A stretch of DNA of 64,000 nucleotides from Eledone cirrhosa. Taxonomy: Eukaryota. The position numbers and the translations under genes are program-made. The notes beneath the pieces are model-generated. The model saw only the letters and a list, made by a program, of their open reading frames with translations. It searched no databases and had not been told where the DNA came from. The stretch covers positions 33,356,001 through 33,420,000 of the forward strand of contig OZ024759.1 in the NCBI GenBank assembly GCA_964016885.1. The letters are read 5' to 3'. Numbering within the stretch: position 1 is the stretch's first letter; every line of letters starts with the position of its first letter. This document shows, piece by piece, positions 60,864-64,000 of this stretch.

Positions 60864-61005
60864 GATACATATATATATATATACATAGATACATATATAT
60901 ATATATACATAGATACATATATAATATATACATAGATACATATATATATATACATATACATAGATACATATATATATGTATACATATATATATATGCATA
61001 GATAC

Positions 61006-61036
<31 letters not shown>

Positions 61037-61194
61037 CATAGATACATATATATATGTATACATATATATATATACATATATGCATAGATACATATATATA
61101 TGTATACATACATATATATACATATATGCATAGATACATATATATATATATAATATATATATATATACATATATATATGCATAGATACCATATA

Positions 61195-61245
<51 letters not shown>

Positions 61246-61416
61246 GCATGGATATAGATAGATGTATATACGTACATATGCAAGTATATATAAACATATA
61301 CTCATGTGTGATTACATATACACAGTTATTTATATGTTAAGTGTAGAACTAAGATATCTTTTACTGTTTATACCAGACGACATAAAACTATAACCTTTTA
61401 TTTCCACAAATGTACT

Positions 61417-61499
<83 letters not shown>

Positions 61500-61533
61500 C
61501 TATATATACATGCATTTATATATATTTGCATAC

Positions 61534-61565
<32 letters not shown>

Positions 61566-61619
61566 TTACATACATAAACATATATTCACATATAAATATA
61601 TATGTGCATTTAAATGTAA

Positions 61620-61660
<41 letters not shown>

Positions 61661-61826
61661 CGTATATATATATTTACATACATAAACATATATTCACATA
61701 TAAATATATGTGTATTTAAATATAAATATATATATATACATATATATGTATTTATATATATATATATATATATACATACGTATATATATATATATACATA
61801 CGTATATATATACATATATATATACG

Positions 61827-61887
<61 letters not shown>

Positions 61888-62054
61888 TATACGTATATAT
61901 ATACATATATATATATATATATTATATATATATATATTATATATATATATATACATACGTATATATACATATACACACACACACATATATATACATACGT
62001 ATATATACATATACACACACACACACATATATATATGTATATATATACGTATAT

Positions 62055-62133
<79 letters not shown>

Positions 62134-62598
62134 ATATATACTTTGTCTCACACAGAGTAGACATATAAAATATATACATTAGGAGGTCTATGTTTTTATG
62201 TTTTTATATATTATACATGAAATATTTGTTTTACATTTTTACTTTTTACGTAGATCTTTTTTTCCTTTTAGTTTTCTGCCAAAATTCTTCGTTGTCTGAC
62301 GGAGGATCATTTCTTTGACAACCGTTCATATTAAAACAGATAAACACTGTTATTTATAGGCTAGCCAAATACACATCAAGTCTTATTCCTTTCTCTCTAG
62401 CTTTAGCTGTTTCTCCGCCTGTCCTCCCCCTCCACCTACCAAACTCTGCTCTGTGTGTTCAATTTTGTTTCGTTTTAGTATGTATTATCTGTGCAGGGTT
62501 GGTGTTTATATTTTTTCTGTTAAACTTTTCCACTTGATATACATATATATATGTATATATGCATTCACACACATATATATGTATATATGCATATACAT

Positions 62599-62644
<46 letters not shown>

Positions 62645-63319
62645 CAGTGACAGACAAAATAATATTTTTTGTTTTATACTCAGGTTTTCCTTAAGGCCAC
62701 ACACAGAATCACGCACACAAATACATATATCAATGTATACATATATCATATATATATATATATATATATATTCATATATATACATATATCAATGTATACA
62801 TATATATGTATATAAGATATTATACCAGAGGTAAATAGCACGTTATGTTATCTGTCGTAACATTTCCATGCGATGCAAACCGTCACCCCTCTTCTCCCTA
62901 GCCATTGCCCCACCAAAAAACAACAACAACAGCAACAACAGCAACAACAAAAAGCGAAACATACAATAAAATAAAAATAAAAATACATATAAATACAACC
63001 AGAAAACAATTGTAAACAATACAAGAAATTTCAACTACTTATGGACATGTCCTCGTTGGTGATAGAGAATATGTCCTCGGCAAATCTGAGCTTTCTCAAT
63101 ATGGAAGAATATAAAAGGAAGGTAATAGAGAAATGTATTGGGAATTGTAAAGATAGAAAGAAAGAAAGAAAAAGAAATAGTAGTAGTAGTAGAAGAAAAA
63201 AAAAAAGAAGAGAAAGAAAAAGAAAAAGAAAAAAAAAAGAAAAAAGAAAAAGAAAAAGAAAAAGAAGAAGAAGAAGAAAGTGATAATTGTTGGTTCCCAG
63301 TCGAAGATATATATATGTA

Positions 63320-63875
63320 GTAGAGAGAGAGAGATAGAGAGATATGTGTATATGTTATGTACTATGTTTCTATCTATGAATAACTATATGAGACATAGAG
63401 AGAGAGGGAGATAGAGAGAGAGAGAGCGAGAGCGAGCGAGCGAGCGAGAAAGGGAGACAGAAATATAGAGAGTGAGAGAGAAAAAGATGGAGGGAGAGAT
63501 ATGCGTTTTACACCATGTTTATATCAATGAATAAAGATATGAAGTTAAGAGACAGAGAGTGAAGGAAATAGACAGAAAGAGAGAGAGAGAGAGATATGGA
63601 AACAGACAGAGAGAGAGAGAGAGATGGATACATGCGGAGAGAGATGGAGAGAGAGAGAGATGGAGACAGGCAGAGACAGATAGAGAGAGATGGATAGAGA
63701 GAGAGATGGAGAGATAGGGGGAGAGGGAGAGAGAGATTTCTGATACATCAGGTTTCTATGAAGGACTAAACACATGAAGTAAAGATAGAGAGAGAGGGAG
63801 AGGGAGAGGGAGAGCGAGAGAGGGAGAGGGAGAGAGAGAGAGAAAGAAGGAGTAGGTGTGTGAAAGAGAGAGTGA
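63320..63875. repeat. Degenerate (GA)n purine tract
   Basis: GA/GGAGA runs seen directly. Confidence 0.9.
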
Positions 63876-64000
63876 ATGAAATATACAGTATGTGTGATAC
63901 ATCTCGTTTCTATCAATAAATAAAAGTTGCCATCAGAAGTAAATATTGTTGTGTGTATTTAGAAAAGAAGGCACGTCCTGGTTTGGTTTGGTTTGTACTA

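Noticed and set aside
63030-63100. Minus-strand KLRFAEDI resembling the RT LRFADD motif
   Set aside because: Too short, and the flanks lack other RT motifs.

Overview
AT-rich eukaryotic genomic DNA dominated by long (TA)n microsatellites and by (GA)n, (CA)n and trinucleotide runs. The repeat landscape resembles a coleoid cephalopod such as Octopus; this is inferred from recalled repeat families, not from a search. Almost all listed ORFs ([14 protein letters not shown] and similar) are microsatellite artefacts. Supported content: about 20 copies of one tRNA-headed SINE family plus a second SINE family; 3' fragments of RTE, R4/Dong-type and Tx1/L1-type LINEs; and two minisatellites (~147 bp and ~73 bp). 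The most notable content is at least eight short non-coding element families inserted in (TA)n. They share Penelope-like (PLE) architecture: an inverted arm, an arm and a 3' tail, and/or direct terminal repeats. Several carry hammerhead-ribozyme (HHR) motifs. The best example is a ~630 bp retrozyme-like element (33119-33749) with ~160 bp direct repeats at a 472 bp period. It holds a fully paired type I hammerhead (33511-33592) with an unusual CAGAUGA core, and its predicted cleavage site lies within 6 nt of the repeat boundary. No complete host gene can be supported. Weak exon candidates are a minus-strand Tyr-motif exon (4601-4736), a frame-disrupted mucin-like stretch (52112-53894) and a plus-strand two-exon 3' end (43357-43599).
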